DNA from: an uncultured Gemmatimonadales bacterium
GTDB taxonomy: Bacteria; Gemmatimonadota; Gemmatimonadetes; Longimicrobiales; Gaopeijiaceae
Direction of reading: 5' to 3'
NCBI GenBank assembly: GCA_963809895.1
Contig: CAWELD010000003.1
Location: 224,001-288,000, forward strand
DNA length: 64,000 bases
A program made the translations under genes and the position numbers. The notes beneath the pieces were generated by a model. The model was not told where the DNA came from and searched no databases. It saw only the letters and a list, made by a program, of their open reading frames with translations. Shown in pieces: positions 28,825-40,796 of this stretch (position 1 is the first letter of the stretch; every line of letters begins with the position of its first letter).

Positions 28825-30722
28825 TGTCCGACGCCAGGAACCCCTACCGCGAGATGGACCTGCTGCGGTTCACCACGGCCGGGAGCGTGGACGACGGCAA
28901 GAGCACCCTGATCGGGCGACTCCTCTACGACACCAAGTCCATCTTCGAGGACCAGTTGGAGGCCGTGGAGCGGGCGAGCCGCACCCACGGCGAGGAAGCG
29001 GTCAACCTGGCGCTCCTCCTGGACGGGCTGCGCGCGGAGCGCGAGCAGAAGATCACCATCGACGTGGCCTACCGCTACTTCGCGACGCCCAAGCGGAAGT
29101 TCATCATCGCCGACACGCCCGGGCACGTGCAGTACACCCGCAACATGGTCACCGGCGCGTCCACGGCGGAGCTGGCGGTGGTGCTCATCGATGCCCGCAA
29201 GGGTGTGCTGACGCAGTCGCGCCGCCACGGCTTCATCGCGTCACTGCTGGGGATTCCGCACCTGGTGGTGGCGGTCAACAAGATGGACCTGGTCGACTGG
29301 CGGGAGGACGTCTTCGAGGAGATCGTCGGCAGCTACCGGGAGTTCTGCGAGAAGCTCGACGTCACGGACATCACCTTCATCCCCCTGTCGGCGCTGGAGG
29401 GGGACAACGTGGTGGAGCCCAGCGAGCGCATGCCCTGGTACCAGGGGAGCACCCTTCTCCATCACCTGGAGAACGTGAGTATCGGCGCGGGACGCAATCT
29501 CCTGGACTTCCGGTTCCCCGTGCAGTGCGTGATCCGACCCAACCAGGACTTCAGGGGATTCGCGGGGCGTGTGGCGTCGGGCACGCTGCAACCCGGTGAA
29601 GACGTGGTCGTGCTGCCGTCGGGTCGGGCGACCCGGATCCGCACCATCGAGACCTCCGACGGACCGGTGCAGGAGGCCGTGGCCGGGGACTCCGTGGTCC
29701 TGACCACCGAGGACGAGGTGGACATCTCCCGCGGGGACATGGTGGTACGGACCATGAACCTGCCCCGGGTGGGCACCCGCTTCGAGGCCATCGTCTGCTG
29801 GATGAACGAGGAGCCGCTCCAGCCGCGTCGCGAGTACGTGCTCATGCACACGACCCGCCAGGTCTCGGCGCGCGTGGACCGGCTGGTCTACCGGATCAAC
29901 GTGGACACCCTCCACCGGGAGGAGGCCGAACAGCTCGGACTCAACGACATCGGCCGGGTACAGATCGAGACGGCGAAGCCCGTCTTCTTCGATCCGTATC
30001 GCAACAACCGGCAGACCGGCGGCTTCATCCTGGTGGACCGCCACACCAACGTGACCGTGGGCGCGGGCATGATCCGGGGCGAGGTGCGCACGCCTCCCCG
30101 GACGCCCGGCGAACGGCCATCGTCGCCCGACGTGGTGTGGGAGGGCTGGAACGTGCCCAGGTCCGAGCGCGAGGCCCGCAATCGTCACCGGCCCGCGGTG
30201 GTCTGGTTCACGGGGCTGTCGGGCGCGGGGAAGTCCACCGTGGCCCGGGCCGTGGAGCGTCGTCTCTTCGATCGGGGCCTGCACACCATGTATCTGGACG
30301 GCGACCAGGTGCGGCACGGGTTGTGCGGCGATCTGGGGTTCTCGGCGGAGGACCGCACCGAGAACATTCGCAGGGTGGGTGAGGTGGCTCGGCTCTTCTA
30401 CGAGCACGGCAACGTGGTGCTGTGCGCCTTCGTGTCGCCCTACGAGGCCGATCGACGCCGCGTGCGGGAGCTCTTTCCGGAGGGCGCCTTCTTCGAGGTC
30501 CACGTGCACGTCGGGCTGGACGAGGCGCGCCGACGGGATCCCAAGGGCCTCTACGCCCGAGCCGAGGCCGGTGAGCTTCAGGGCCTCACCGGCGTGGACG
30601 CGCCGTACGAGGCGCCGGAGCGGCCGGCGCTGGTGCTGGACAGCGAGCGCCTGCAGCCCGGAGAGGCCGCCGAGCGCGTGCTCGAACTGCTGGACGAAGC
30701 CGGGATCACTCTTTCGGACTGA
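28824..30722 (+). CDS. cysNC: bifunctional sulfate adenylyltransferase subunit 1 / APS kinase
   Basis: AGSVDDGKST GTPase domain plus C-terminal WFTGLSGAGKST...LDGD APS kinase domain. Confidence 0.95.
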   Translation: MSDARNPYREMDLLRFTTAGSVDDGKSTLIGRLLYDTKSIFEDQLEAVERASRTHGEEAVNLALLLDGLRAEREQKITIDVAYRYFATPKRKFIIADTPGHVQYTRNMVTGASTAELAVVLIDARKGVLTQSRRHGFIASLLGIPHLVVAVNKMDLVDWREDVFEEIVGSYREFCEKLDVTDITFIPLSALEGDNVVEPSERMPWYQGSTLLHHLENVSIGAGRNLLDFRFPVQCVIRPNQDFRGFAGRVASGTLQPGEDVVVLPSGRATRIRTIETSDGPVQEAVAGDSVVLTTEDEVDISRGDMVVRTMNLPRVGTRFEAIVCWMNEEPLQPRREYVLMHTTRQVSARVDRLVYRINVDTLHREEAEQLGLNDIGRVQIETAKPVFFDPYRNNRQTGGFILVDRHTNVTVGAGMIRGEVRTPPRTPGERPSSPDVVWEGWNVPRSEREARNRHRPAVVWFTGLSGAGKSTVARAVERRLFDRGLHTMYLDGDQVRHGLCGDLGFSAEDRTENIRRVGEVARLFYEHGNVVLCAFVSPYEADRRRVRELFPEGAFFEVHVHVGLDEARRRDPKGLYARAEAGELQGLTGVDAPYEAPERPALVLDSERLQPGEAAERVLELLDEAGITLSD

Positions 30723-30738
30723 CGGCGGGAGACGAACC

Positions 30739-31107
30739 ATGCACAGCACTCCACGACGGGTGGAGAAACCCTGGGGATACGAGCTCATCTGGGCCGACAC
30801 GGATCTCTACGTGGGCAAGATCCTGCACATCAATGCAGGCGAGGCCCTCTCGCTCCAGTACCACGAGCAGAAGGACGAGACCATCTGCGTGCTCTCCGGA
30901 GAGATGCTCTTCGTGGCCGGCCCGTCGGCCGACGAGCTGAGCGAGCACCGCATGAAGGCCGAGGACGCGTTCCGCGTCACCCCGGGCACGGTCCACCGCA
31001 TGGTGGCCGTGACGGACTGCGACGTCCTGGAGGCGTCGACTCCCCATCTGCAGGATGTCGTGCGGCTGGACGACCGCTACGGTCGCAGCAGCGACGACCC
31101 CTATTGA
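30739..31107 (+). CDS. cupin domain protein (type II mannose-6-phosphate isomerase C-terminal-like)
   Basis: VEKPWGYE, LSLQYHEQKDET, HRM, DVVRLDDRYGR. Confidence 0.85.
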   Translation: MHSTPRRVEKPWGYELIWADTDLYVGKILHINAGEALSLQYHEQKDETICVLSGEMLFVAGPSADELSEHRMKAEDAFRVTPGTVHRMVAVTDCDVLEASTPHLQDVVRLDDRYGRSSDDPY

Positions 31108-31154
31108 GGGCGGGGAAGGGAACCCGGAGGGCCGAGCGCCCGTACAGGCAACGC

Positions 31155-32129
31155 ATGAGAGAGCCGTGGGGAATCGGGGGGCGCCTTCGGGTGCTGCTGT
31201 GGGTCGGCGCCGCGGGCGCCGTCCTGGCGGGCTGCGTGGACGCCAACGCCGACGCCAACGCCGTTCGGCGGGGAGACGTGGCGTTCGCCGCCGACTCCCT
31301 CGAGGAAGCCATCGCCGAATATCGCCTCGCGGTGCTGAATCGTGGAGACGATCCGTCGACGCTGGCCCGCGCGGCCCACACCTACGCCGAGCTCGGTCGG
31401 GTGGACGAGGCCGCCGACTTCTACAGCCGGGCCATGACCATCGACCCCGCCTGGGCCGACGAGGCGGCCGCCGATCTGATGCACCTGGCCCGGGAGGCCT
31501 CGCGCCGCCAGGACCGCTTCCGCATGGCCACCGCGGTTCAGAAGGCCCTGGAGTTCCGGCCCGGCATCGGCCTGGGAGAGCTGGCCCTGCCTCTGGCGCG
31601 GCACTACTTCCGCAACGGAGAGTTCGGACGTGCGCTGCCGCTCTACACCCGGGCGCTGGCGGCGGCCGACTCCGTGCCGCGCATCCTCTTCGAGATCGCC
31701 CAGGCCCACGAGGAGATCGGAGACTGCCAGCGGGCGCTGGTCTATTTCGAGCAGTACCGCGAGGTGGCCTCCAGGTCGCAGCGCGACGAGACCAACTGGC
31801 ACATCGGCTCGTGCGCGTTGCGGGTGGCCCGTGAGCTGCGCAGCCAGGGCCAGGCCTCGTCGTCCGAGCTGGAAGAGGCCCTGTCCCTGGTGAACCGGAC
31901 CATCGAGGTCGGCGAGCCCCGGAACGTCCAGGGGCAGGCCTGGTTCGAGCGGGGTGAGATCCAGGCCGCCATGGGCGAGTGCACCGCCGCCATGGAGTCC
32001 TTCGCCCAGGTCCGCCTGGTGGAGGCGACCGGGGGGAGCGCTCTGGTGAAGCAGGCCCAGGACCGCTACGACCGCATCCGCTTCGGACGGGGGCTGGACC
32101 GCTTCCGGGAGAGCGGCGCCTGCTACTGA
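31155..32129 (+). CDS. TPR-repeat lipoprotein
   Basis: Lipobox VLAGC followed by helical TPR-like repeats. Confidence 0.75.
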   Translation: MREPWGIGGRLRVLLWVGAAGAVLAGCVDANADANAVRRGDVAFAADSLEEAIAEYRLAVLNRGDDPSTLARAAHTYAELGRVDEAADFYSRAMTIDPAWADEAAADLMHLAREASRRQDRFRMATAVQKALEFRPGIGLGELALPLARHYFRNGEFGRALPLYTRALAAADSVPRILFEIAQAHEEIGDCQRALVYFEQYREVASRSQRDETNWHIGSCALRVARELRSQGQASSSELEEALSLVNRTIEVGEPRNVQGQAWFERGEIQAAMGECTAAMESFAQVRLVEATGGSALVKQAQDRYDRIRFGRGLDRFRESGACY

Positions 32130-32245
32130 CCGGCTCGCCAGCACCCTCAACGAAAGCGACGGCCGGTCGGGGCTGGACCCGTTGGAGTCGAGTGGCGATG
32201 CTTCATGGCTCGCAATGTGTGCACTCCAGCCCCAGGTGATTCGAC

Positions 32246-33364
32246 GTGGCCGTCCCCTTGCTGGACCTGACCGCCCAGTACCAGGCCCTGCGTGAGGAGC
32301 TCGACGCCGCGGTGTCGCGGGTCGTGCGTTCGCAGGGGTTCGTGCTGGGACCCGAGGTCGAGGCCTTCGAGGAGGCCATGGCCCAGTATCTGGGCGTGGC
32401 GCATGCGGTCGGGGTCGCCAGCGGCACCGATGCCCTCCTCCTCCCGCTCATGGCCCTGGAGCCGGAGCCGGGCGACGAGGTCGTGGTGCCCGCATTCACC
32501 TTCTTCGCCACGGCGGGTGCGGTGTGGAACGCCGGCTTTCGTCCGGTCTTCTGCGATGTCGATCCGGTGACCTTCAACGTGTCGGCGGCGACGCTGTCCG
32601 CCGCGTGGACGCCCCGGACCCGCGCGGTGATCCCGGTCGATCTCTTCGGACAGATGGCGCCCATGGAGGACATCCTGCCCCTGGCGCGGGACCGCGGAGC
32701 GGTGGTCCTCGAGGACGCGGCCCAGGCGGTGGGCGCGCGCCGCGAGATCGAGGGGGCCTCCGTCATGGCGGGTGCGGTGGCGCCGGTGACGGCGTTCTCG
32801 TTCTTTCCCACCAAGAACCTCGGGGGATTCGGTGACGGGGGCATGGTCACCGCCCTCGACGGCGATCTGGCCGAGCGGGTCCGCAAGCTGCGGGTGCACG
32901 GCGGACGCCAGATGTACCACCACGAGCTGGTGGGGACCAACTCCCGTCTGGACGCCCTGCAGGCTGCGGTCTTGCGGGCCAAGCTCCCGCATCTCGACCA
33001 ATGGGCCGCCGCCCGGCGTGAGAACGCCTGCCGGTACGAGGAGCTGCTGGCCGACGTGCCGGAGGTGCTCACGCCCACGGTGGCCGAGGGCAACTTCCAC
33101 GTGTACAACCAGTACACCGTGAGGGCGAGACGCCGGGACGAGCTCCGGGCGTTCCTCAACGAGCGTGGCATCGGCTGCGGCGTGTACTACCCCGTGCCGT
33201 TGCACCTGCAGGCCTGCTTCGGAGAGCTGGGGTACCACGAAGGTGACCTGCCGGCATCCGAGGAGCTGTGCAGGGAGGTGCTGAGCTTGCCGGTCTTTCC
33301 GGAGCTCGGCGAGGAGCGAGTCGCCGAGGTCGCCGGGGCGGTACGCGCCTTCTACGGAGCCTGA
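32246..33364 (+). CDS. DegT/DnrJ/EryC1/StrS sugar aminotransferase
   Basis: SGTDAL, EDAAQA, SFFPTKNLGGFGDGG, NSRLDALQA. Confidence 0.93.
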   Translation: MAVPLLDLTAQYQALREELDAAVSRVVRSQGFVLGPEVEAFEEAMAQYLGVAHAVGVASGTDALLLPLMALEPEPGDEVVVPAFTFFATAGAVWNAGFRPVFCDVDPVTFNVSAATLSAAWTPRTRAVIPVDLFGQMAPMEDILPLARDRGAVVLEDAAQAVGARREIEGASVMAGAVAPVTAFSFFPTKNLGGFGDGGMVTALDGDLAERVRKLRVHGGRQMYHHELVGTNSRLDALQAAVLRAKLPHLDQWAAARRENACRYEELLADVPEVLTPTVAEGNFHVYNQYTVRARRRDELRAFLNERGIGCGVYYPVPLHLQACFGELGYHEGDLPASEELCREVLSLPVFPELGEERVAEVAGAVRAFYGA

Positions 33365-33432
33365 CGCTCGACGGAGGCCGCTGCCCCCCGCCCGCGAGCC
33401 CCGCCGCCAGTGGTCGCGGGCCCTGAAACCCC

Positions 33433-34242
33433 ATGGACAAACCCGGGTACTCCCAACGGATGTTCTTTCGCACTGTTCGACTCGTCGCCCTCGCAGGCGT
33501 TGGCATCGCTCTGAGCGCATGCGCGTCGGCCCCCAAGTATCAGGGGCTGACGGCGTCGCAGCTCTATGCACGGGCCCAACAGGAGTTCGAGCACGAGGAC
33601 TACGGCGATGCGGCCGAGACCCTCGAGTTCCTCCTGCGGGCGAGCCCGAGCTTCGAGCAGGGCGCGGAGGCGCAGCTCCTCCTGGCCCGGGCGTACTTCG
33701 AGGACAAGCAGTTCATCACGGCCCAGGCCGAGTACACCCGCTTCCTCGATCGCTATCCGGCGCATCCGTCGGCTCCCGACGCAGCACTGGGCGTGTGCCG
33801 CTCCAACGAAGCCCTGTCGCCCATCAGCCAGCGTGACCAGACGTTCACGCAGCAGGCGCTCCAGGTGTGCGGCAACATGGTGACCGACTATGCCGGCACC
33901 CCGCAGGCCGAAGAGGCCCAGCGCATCGTGACAGAAATGCAGGACAAGCTGGCCAAGAAGGTCTACGACAACGGCCACTACTATCTGCGGCGTGACTTCA
34001 ACGACTCGGCCATCATCTATTTCCAGTCCGTTGTGGATCGATATCCGGGTACGGAGTGGGCACCCCGTGCGCTGGTGGGCATCATCGACGCCTACACCGC
34101 CATCGGGTACGACGACGAGGTGGAGGCGGCGCGGCAACGGCTCCTGAACGAGTATCCGGATTCGCCGGAGGCCCAGCGGATCTCGGCCAGCGCGCAGGGC
34201 GACGGGAGTGACGGCGCGGGCGGGACCTCGGGGTCCAGGTAG
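33433..34242 (+). CDS. bamD: outer membrane assembly lipoprotein BamD (start may be 33460)
   Basis: Lipobox LSAC, TPRs, RDQT motif, YYLRR..SAIIYF. Confidence 0.85.
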   Translation: MDKPGYSQRMFFRTVRLVALAGVGIALSACASAPKYQGLTASQLYARAQQEFEHEDYGDAAETLEFLLRASPSFEQGAEAQLLLARAYFEDKQFITAQAEYTRFLDRYPAHPSAPDAALGVCRSNEALSPISQRDQTFTQQALQVCGNMVTDYAGTPQAEEAQRIVTEMQDKLAKKVYDNGHYYLRRDFNDSAIIYFQSVVDRYPGTEWAPRALVGIIDAYTAIGYDDEVEAARQRLLNEYPDSPEAQRISASAQGDGSDGAGGTSGSR

Positions 34243-34828
34243 TGGACATCGGGCTCTTCGGAGGGTCGTTCGATCCACCTCACGCCGGACATCTGATCGT
34301 CGCGCAGGACGCCATGGAACGGCTGGGACTGGATCGGATCCGGTTCGTGCCGGCCAGGATCTCGCCGTTCAAGGTGGGCGAGGACGAGCGCGGTCCCGCG
34401 GCGCCGGCCGAGCTCCGCCTGGAGATGGTGCGAGCGGCGCTGGCGGACCATCCCGCCATGGAGGTGGATCGCGCGGAGCTGGACCGGGACGGCCCGTCCT
34501 ACACGGTGGACACCCTGCGGGCCTTCCGGGCCCGCGAGCCCGACATCCGCTGGACGCTGCTGATCGGGTCGGATCAGTGGGCCTCGTTCGGCCGCTGGCG
34601 TGAGCCGGAGGTCATCGCGAGCCTGGCGAGCATTGCGGTCATGACCCGATCCGGCGTGGAGCTGAACGAGGCCGGAGGACCGGGTCTGCCGCACCGATCC
34701 GTGCCCGTGACCCGGGTGGACATCTCCTCGACGGAGCTCCGTCGGCGGGTCTGCGACGGCCGCTCCATCCGATTTTTCGTGCCCGAAGCCGTGCGGGCCC
34801 TCATCGAAGCGAACGGATTGTATTCGAC

Positions 34829-34835
<7 letters not shown>
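34242..34835 (+). CDS. nadD: nicotinate-nucleotide adenylyltransferase
   Basis: GGSFDPPHAGH, SYTVDT, ISSTELR. Confidence 0.95.
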
Positions 34836-38164
<3,329 letters not shown>

Positions 38165-38208
38165 TAGCGCGGAAACAAGCGGCGTGCCCGGGGGTGACCC
38201 CCTCGGAT

Positions 38209-38230
38209 TGTGCCGAGATTGTGTCGTAAC
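38209..38230 (+). repeat. putative integrase arm-type site, left
   Basis: TGTGCCGAGATTGTGTCGTAAC, 19/22 identical to 40556-40577. Confidence 0.6.
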
Positions 38231-38242
38231 GGCACACGAGAA

Positions 38243-38275
38243 GAGCCCGCCGGCCCCTTCCGGGCCAGCGGGCTC
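38243..38275. terminator. hairpin between secA and the convergent integrase
   Basis: GAGCCCGC-C-GGCCC / GGGCC-A-GCGGGCTC stem. Confidence 0.55.
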
Positions 38276-38297
38276 GCTCGCTTCCTGGGAGTCGGCT

Positions 38298-38846
38298 TTA
38301 CCCGATCTTCGTGACCTTCGCCGGACCACGGCGTCCGGTATGCAGCTTCGCCAGCTTCTCGACGCCCTCGGCCAGCGCGACCTCGTCGGCGATGGCGTAG
38401 CGACGATACACGGCCTCGGTCTTGTGGCCCGTCAGCTTCATGGCCACCGACCTGGGTACGCCGGCGCGCTCCAGGTTCCGGACCGCCGTGCGTCGTAGGT
38501 CATGGAACCACGCGCCGTCGAGCCCGACGCGACTGCACGCGCCGTCCCAAGCTCCACGCATGGACCGGATGGGCTCGCCGTCGCGGTGGAAGACCCAGGG
38601 CACGAGCTGGCCGGTCGCGCGCTCCACGGCCCGCGTCCTGGCCCGCTGGTCCTCGAGGAGCTCCTGGAGGGGAGGGAGGGCCCGGAAGGGGAACGTCCGA
38701 CCCTCGGAGTTCTTCGACCGGGTGGCCTCGAGGTGCACGGTGCCGGCGTCGAAATCGACGTGAGCCCATCGGAGACCGGTGACCTCCCGCTTCCGCCAGC
38801 CTGTCAGCGCCGCGAAACGCACGACGGGCGCCAGGTCGGGCCCGAT
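38298..38846 (-). pseudogene. tyrosine recombinase/integrase, catalytic domain only (5' half missing)
   Basis: TGWR(R), SKN(K), HDLRR(HxxR), TGH(H), VYRRY(Y); frame is closed by TAG at 38847-38849, leaving no N-terminal binding domains. Confidence 0.88.
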
Positions 38847-39056
38847 CTAAGCCGGCAAGCTCGCAGCCGAATGCACGTCAGGCCGACGGACGACACGCTG
38901 GACGAGAACGCCCCCCTTGTCGCCACGTCTGGAGTCCTGGTATGCTGTGCTGGAGAATGTGCCAATGGCCAGCGACCCGACGCGCACTCCTATACGCTGA
39001 CATGCGAGCTTCCCATGGGCCTCGGACCCTGACGCCGATCACCGGTGTAGATTTCC

Positions 39057-39086
39057 TTGACGACGCCGGTAGCATGATGCTACGAT
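39057..39086 (+). promoter_or_regulatory. TA operon promoter with 15-bp palindromic operator
   Basis: TTGACG (39057-39062), 18 nt, TGc-TACGAT extended -10 (39078-39086); GTAGCAT-G-ATGCTAC palindrome at 39069-39083. Confidence 0.7.
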
Positions 39087-39090
39087 TGAC

Positions 39091-39408
39091 ATGACTCCGC
39101 GGAACGCTCCGACCCATTCGCTGGCCTTGGTCAAAGCAGCCGTTCAAGACGGTCGTTGGCTCGCGTCAGGCAAGGTGCTAAGGACCGCATCCGCCGTGTA
39201 CTGTGATCGGCGCGACATCGAGGAGTGCATTGCTAGCCTTACCGAAGAAGACTTCCGCAAGTCAATGCCCTCCGAAGCGCGGGAGGGGCGGTGGCAGGAT
39301 GTATATAAGGTCCACTACTACAGCATGCCCATCTACCTGAAGTTCGACTACTCGTCTAGAACTGACCGGGTAATCCTCCTTTCCTTCAAGCTAGATGAGG
39401 ATCCGTGA
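39091..39408 (+). CDS. mqsR: MqsR-family mRNA interferase toxin
   Basis: DFRKSM...WQDVY...YLKF...LLSFK resembles MqsR signature; 105 aa; overlaps antitoxin start (GTGA). Confidence 0.85.
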   Translation: MTPRNAPTHSLALVKAAVQDGRWLASGKVLRTASAVYCDRRDIEECIASLTEEDFRKSMPSEAREGRWQDVYKVHYYSMPIYLKFDYSSRTDRVILLSFKLDEDP

Positions 39409-40025
39409 CTGACTGCCCATATTGCGAGCATCCCTTAGAGGAACGAACTGAAGTGCGCGAGCTGCGTTTCGGTCGGCGGTCGGCTTCTGTCCCACATGAG
39501 TTCCTTTGGTGCGAGGAGTGTCAGGAGGAATTCCAGACGCCAGAGCAAATGGACAGTGCTCAGCGGCTTGCGTCCAACGCCATCCGTGAACAGGAGGGAC
39601 TCCTGAGACCGGAGGAGATCAAGTCCATTAGGGACCGCTTGAGTATCTCCCAAGCGGATTTTGAGCGGCTGCTAGGCGTGGGCGAGAAGACCGTGGTGCG
39701 TTGGGAGCGCGGGACGGTGTTTCAGAACGCCGCCACGGACAACCTCATGAGGGTTGTCAGTGCCTTCCCTCAGGTGGCTCACTTTCTGGCTGAACGGCAT
39801 GGGGTCACCATCGAGGCACCTGATAGCGTACAGATGTTCGAGTTGTCGTTCGGTCATCCCTCACCTGCAGACTGGATCCAAGGGGCTTTCGGAGGTGAAG
39901 ACATGGCCGAGGCGTTCGGGAACCTCAGCTTCATTCGCCTCTCCGGGCGTACGTTAGCGGATGCGGATGCACCCCGCGGAGCACCCGATTGGGTTGTCTC
40001 AGGGAGTGTCAGGCGTGCCGTCTAA
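39405..40025 (+). CDS. mqsA: MqsA-family antitoxin (Zn finger + HTH) with about 75-aa C-terminal extension
   Basis: CPYC...CEEC, EIKSIRDRLSISQADFERLLGVGEKTVVRWERG; tail after about residue 131. Confidence 0.87.
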   Translation: MTDCPYCEHPLEERTEVRELRFGRRSASVPHEFLWCEECQEEFQTPEQMDSAQRLASNAIREQEGLLRPEEIKSIRDRLSISQADFERLLGVGEKTVVRWERGTVFQNAATDNLMRVVSAFPQVAHFLAERHGVTIEAPDSVQMFELSFGHPSPADWIQGAFGGEDMAEAFGNLSFIRLSGRTLADADAPRGAPDWVVSGSVRRAV

Positions 40026-40452
40026 GCCCGCAGTGCCCGACTTCCAGGTAAGCAACATCGGCCTTCACCGGTTGGATTTCAGCCGCCTGGGACCTCAACA
40101 GGTGACAGGCCCGCTTGATGTGCAGATCCAGTTGGGCACTGGCCGCCTTGCAGAGCGGGAACTCGGAGTAGAGGTGGGTGTGCTGGTGGAATACGAAGAC
40201 GCCTTCAGGCTTGAGATATCCTACCGCTGCGTCTTTAGCCGTGAGTCGCCTTTCGACGAGGACGAGGATCCGGAGGAGTATTGGAGCAGCGTAGCCAGTG
40301 CTGCCTCCACCCTCGTGCTATTCCCTTACGTGCGCGCAGAATTCACCCATGTCTTGAACGCTGCGGGCATACACGGTCAACAGCTTCCACTCGTAAACCC
40401 AATGAGCATGTTCCCCGCCGCCCAAATCACTATCGCTGAACCGCCCGAATGA
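40015..40452 (+). CDS. SecB-like chaperone (TAC chaperone)
   Basis: GTG at 40015 after AGGGAG, overlaps mqsA stop; 145 aa; LFPYVRAEF...G...LPLVN resembles the SecB C-terminal motif. Confidence 0.78.
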   Translation: MPSKPAVPDFQVSNIGLHRLDFSRLGPQQVTGPLDVQIQLGTGRLAERELGVEVGVLVEYEDAFRLEISYRCVFSRESPFDEDEDPEEYWSSVASAASTLVLFPYVRAEFTHVLNAAGIHGQQLPLVNPMSMFPAAQITIAEPPE

Positions 40453-40555
40453 GATCGCGCTGAAGGTCTTCAGCAGGCCCCCCGGGCCGCCGCGTCGCCA
40501 GAGCCCTGATCCTCCCGGGCCATTACTCCAGACTCCCGACGGAAGGCCCCTCCAC

Positions 40556-40577
40556 TGTGCCACGATTGTGCCGTAAC
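40556..40577 (+). repeat. putative integrase arm-type site, right
   Basis: TGTGCCACGATTGTGCCGTAAC, 19/22 identical to 38209-38230. Confidence 0.6.
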
Positions 40578-40691
40578 CGCCAGGAACCAAGCGGTACCGG
40601 CGTCAGTCACGCCACCTGCTAAACCCCCCGAACGTCGCACAACCACGCGCCTCGGTGCCCAATGGCACCCGGTCCGAAAGGAGCGAGGCTG

Positions 40692-40722
40692 GTACAAGAA
40701 GTGCCACGGGCGTAACGCCTGA
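40692..40722 (+). repeat. att direct repeat, right copy (displaced secA 3' end)
   Basis: Exact 31-bp copy of 38134-38164 encoding YKKCHGRNA*. Confidence 0.95.
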
Positions 40723-40739
40723 AGGTCCTGTCGTAGCGC

Positions 40740-40782
40740 ACGGCGTCCCGGGCGGCCATGGAGGCGCCCGGGACGCCGTTTC
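40740..40782 (+). terminator. probable original secA terminator
   Basis: ACGGCGTCCCGGGCG / CGCCCGGGACGCCGT perfect 15-bp stem, short T run, 17 nt after the right att copy. Confidence 0.65.
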
Positions 40783-40796
40783 ATCGTTGGGATACC

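Noticed and set aside
38871..39147. Small ORFs between integrase and mqsR (38871-39032 +, 38878-39147 -)
   Set aside because: No RBS or recognisable motif; the minus-strand ORF overlaps the mqsR promoter and start; probably deletion debris
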